This document shows, in pieces, positions 57,895 to 60,295 of a stretch of 60,295 nt of DNA. Each line of letters opens with the position of its first letter. The stretch's first letter is position 1. The notes beneath the pieces were generated by a model, which saw only the letters and a program-made list of their open reading frames with translations, was not told where the DNA came from and ran no database searches. The stretch is from contig DLOU01000046.1 in the NCBI GenBank assembly GCA_002477275.1, positions 25,046 through 85,340 on the forward strand. The letters are read 5' to 3'. The stretch is from Bacillales bacterium UBA7476 (GTDB taxonomy: Bacteria > Bacillota_I > Bacilli_A > RF39 > UBA660). Position numbers and translations under genes: made by a program.

Positions 57895-58003
57895 ATTATC
57901 CTCCTTATGCCAGATGTCTCCAATATAATTATATAATATTTTTTACTTATTTTAAAGGAAAAAGTAACACTTCTTTAATATTATCCTCTTGATTATTTTT
58001 TTC

Positions 58004-58030
58004 ACAAAAAAAATAGGAATTATTCCTATT
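58004..58030 (-). terminator. rho-independent terminator of the rpsF-ssb-rpsR operon
   Basis: The stem AATAGGAAT/ATTCCTATT overlaps the rpsR stop and is followed by a U8 run on the minus strand. Confidence 0.8.
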
Positions 58031-58244
58031 ATTTTGTATATGGTAATAAAGCTATTGCACGAGCTCTTTTAATCTCTTTTGCAATTACTCTTTGATGTTT
58101 AGCACAAGTTCCTGTAATTCTTCTTGATACTATTTTTCCCTTTTCATTAACATATCTTTTTAATGTTTCAGGATCTTTATAATCTACAGTTTTTCCTGTA
58201 CATAACATACAAACTTTTTTTCTTTTACGATAAAGTTCTGCCAT
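58029..58244 (-). CDS. rpsR: 30S ribosomal protein S18
   Basis: 71 aa. It has [26 protein letters not shown]. Confidence 0.95.
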   Translation of the reverse strand: MAELYRKRKKVCMLCTGKTVDYKDPETLKRYVNEKGKIVSRRITGTCAKHQRVIAKEIKRARAIALLPYTK

Positions 58245-58259
58245 GACTAATCCTCCTTT

Positions 58260-58745
58260 TTAAAATGGTAATTCATCATCATTTATTTCAATTGTTGACC
58301 CAAAATCAGCAAAAGGATTATTATCTACAGCTGTTGTTTGTGGTTCTTCTCCGCCAAAATCATATGGTGTTGGTTCTTGAGAAGATTGTGATGAACCATT
58401 ATTATTTGAAGATTGGCTTCCTTGTGAATTTTTACTTCCTAAAAATTCTACATTATCCGCTACTACTTCTGTAACATATCTCTTGTTACCATTTTGATCA
58501 TCATAACTTCTTGTTTGAATTCTACCATCTATTGCAACTTGGCTTCCTTGTGATAAATAATTTTTAACATTTTCAGCCTGTTTTCTCCAAACAACTATAT
58601 TTATAAAATCTGCTTCTCTTACACCATCTTGATTAGAAAAATTTCTATTAACAGCTATTGAGAATGTAGCTACTGCTGTATTACTTCCTGTATATCTTAA
58701 TTCTGGATCTCTAGTTAAGCGACCTATTAAAAATACTTTATTCAT
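58260..58745 (-). CDS. ssb: single-stranded DNA-binding protein
   Basis: 161 aa. It has the OB fold MNKVFLIGRLTRDPELRYT, a Gly/Ser/Gln-rich linker and the acidic tip DDELPF. Confidence 0.95.
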   Translation of the reverse strand: MNKVFLIGRLTRDPELRYTGSNTAVATFSIAVNRNFSNQDGVREADFINIVVWRKQAENVKNYLSQGSQVAIDGRIQTRSYDDQNGNKRYVTEVVADNVEFLGSKNSQGSQSSNNNGSSQSSQEPTPYDFGGEEPQTTAVDNNPFADFGSTIEINDDELPF

Positions 58746-58761
58746 ATTTATTTCCTCACTC

Positions 58762-59049
58762 TTAATCTTCTACTTTAACAATTAAATGACGAAGTATATT
58801 TTCGTTTATTCCTGATACACGATCAAATTCACTAACTGCATCGCTCTCTGCTTCTACTATATAAAGAAAATAATAACCAGTCTTCATTTTTTGTATTTCG
58901 TACGCTAATTCTCTTTGTCCCATAGCTTTTTCTTCTAATAGTTTAGCTCCTTTGTCAGTTAATACTTTTTTCATAGCTTCTGCAGTATTTTTAATTTCTG
59001 CTTCTTCCATGTCTGACTTTACGATAAACATTATTTCATATTTATTCAT
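58762..59049 (-). CDS. rpsF: 30S ribosomal protein S6
   Basis: MNKYEIMFIVKSDMEE... The start lies behind GAGGAGGTG, 7 nt upstream. The track ORF starts 8 codons earlier, inside the RBS. Confidence 0.93.
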   Translation of the reverse strand: MNKYEIMFIVKSDMEEAEIKNTAEAMKKVLTDKGAKLLEEKAMGQRELAYEIQKMKTGYYFLYIVEAESDAVSEFDRVSGINENILRHLIVKVED

Positions 59050-59169
59050 CTTTTTACACCTCCTCTTGGACATAAGGCCTTATCACTTAGGATAAAGCAA
59101 GGAGTATTAATTAATACTCGCATGTATTATAACATATTTTTTTGTTTTGTAAAATATTTTTTGTTATTT

Positions 59170-60267
59170 TTATACATTAAATCTAAATAAACAGATGTCT
59201 CCATCTTGCATTAGATAGTCTTTTCCTTCTAATCTTTGTTTTCCAGCTTCTTTTACTTTTAATTCACTACCATATTTAACTAAATCTTCATAACTTGTTA
59301 CTTCTGCTTTAATGAATCCTTTTTCAAAATCTGTATGAATAATTCCAGCACATTTTTTTGCATTCATTCCTTTTTTAAATGTCCAAGCTCTTACTTCATC
59401 TTTTCCTACAGTAAAATATGTAGCTAGTCCTAAAAGATCATATGTTGCTTTAATTAGTTTATCTAATCCACTAGCCTCTATTCCTAAGCCTTCTAACATT
59501 TCTTTTTTATCTTCATCATCAAGTTCACTTAATTCTTCTTCTACTTTTGCACAAAGTGTTACTACTGGTGCATTTTCTTTTGCTGCATATTCTTTTACTT
59601 GTTTAACAAATTCATTATCTTCAGTTAATTCATCTTCTGAAACATTTGCTAAGTAAATAATAGGTTTAATTGTTAAGAAACTATAGTTTTTTAATATTAA
59701 TTTATCTTCATCTGAATAATCTACTAATCTTAATGGAATATTTTTTTCTAGATTTTCTTTTGCTTTTTCTAATAATTCTACTTCTTTTAAATCATCTTTA
59801 TTTTTAGTAGTTCTTGCTTTTTTAGATACTTTTTCTAATCTGTTATTAATTATATCTAAATCTGCTATGGCAAGCTCTAGATTAATTGTTTCTATATCTC
59901 TAATTGGGTCTATACTTCCATCTACATGAATTATTTTTCCTCCATCAAAACATCTTACTACTTCACATATAGCATCTGTTTCTCTTATATGTGAAAGAAA
60001 TTTATTTCCTAATCCTTCACCTTTGCTTGCTCCTTTTACAAGTCCTGCTATATCTGTAAATTCATATGCTGTTGGAATTAATCTTGCTGGTTGATACATT
60101 TCATTAAGTTTATCTATTCTTTCATCTGGTACAGTTACCACACCTACATTTGGGTCTATTGTTGCAAAAGGATAATTCTCTGCTAAAATATGTTTTTTTG
60201 TTATTGCATTAAATAATGTTGATTTTCCTACATTTGGAAGTCCTACTATTCCTGCTGTTAAACTCAT
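59170..60267 (-). CDS. ychF: ribosome-binding ATPase YchF (OLA1 family)
   Basis: 365 aa. It has the G1 motif GLPNVGKSTLFNA and a C-terminal TGS-like domain ending MQDGDICLFRFNV. Confidence 0.95.
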   Translation of the reverse strand: MSLTAGIVGLPNVGKSTLFNAITKKHILAENYPFATIDPNVGVVTVPDERIDKLNEMYQPARLIPTAYEFTDIAGLVKGASKGEGLGNKFLSHIRETDAICEVVRCFDGGKIIHVDGSIDPIRDIETINLELAIADLDIINNRLEKVSKKARTTKNKDDLKEVELLEKAKENLEKNIPLRLVDYSDEDKLILKNYSFLTIKPIIYLANVSEDELTEDNEFVKQVKEYAAKENAPVVTLCAKVEEELSELDDEDKKEMLEGLGIEASGLDKLIKATYDLLGLATYFTVGKDEVRAWTFKKGMNAKKCAGIIHTDFEKGFIKAEVTSYEDLVKYGSELKVKEAGKQRLEGKDYLMQDGDICLFRFNV

Positions 60268-60295
60268 AAATACTCTTGTATGATATATATAGTCA

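Overview
This is a very AT-rich, low-GC Firmicute-type chromosomal window. About 90% of genes are on the minus strand, and the synteny is origin-proximal and B. subtilis-like: ychF-rpsF-ssb-rpsR, DHH-rplI-dnaB, yycJ-rlmH, DUF1934-argS, rpoE, prfA-prmC, spoIIR, fba, murA, rpmE, rpiB, mreB, eno, hpf-secA.

Coordinates 25.8-60.3 kb are mostly housekeeping genes. They also carry an agrBD locus with an AgrC/AgrA-like pair, and a cell-envelope glycosylation cluster.

The left edge holds the first 24 codons of prfB with its classic +1 frameshift cassette, which the ORF track does not list. secA and prfB are normally neighbours, but here about 25.8 kb of accessory DNA (86-25863) separates them, and I see no recombinase in it.

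That accessory block contains:
1. A radical SAM/SPASM operon with zinc-ribbon membrane proteins, an LRR protein and a small protein ending in Asn15.
2. A 1717-aa SigA-like sigma factor fused to eight tandem modules that resemble sigma region 4, followed by a TPR-like tail.
3. A coupled macrodomain/class-M-like sirtuin pair, where the macro protein carries an extra HExxH domain.
4. An orphan JAMM-like protein.
5. Next to secA, three single-gene modules (AlkD-like, CIRCE-controlled hsp20, frameshifted MFS). Decayed copies of secA's own 3' end (the SEC-C zinc motif) separate them, and phased short direct repeats decorate them.

I saw no rRNA, tRNA, CRISPR array, IS element or integrase. All functional calls rest on motif recognition by eye. 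No database search or folding calculation was run.
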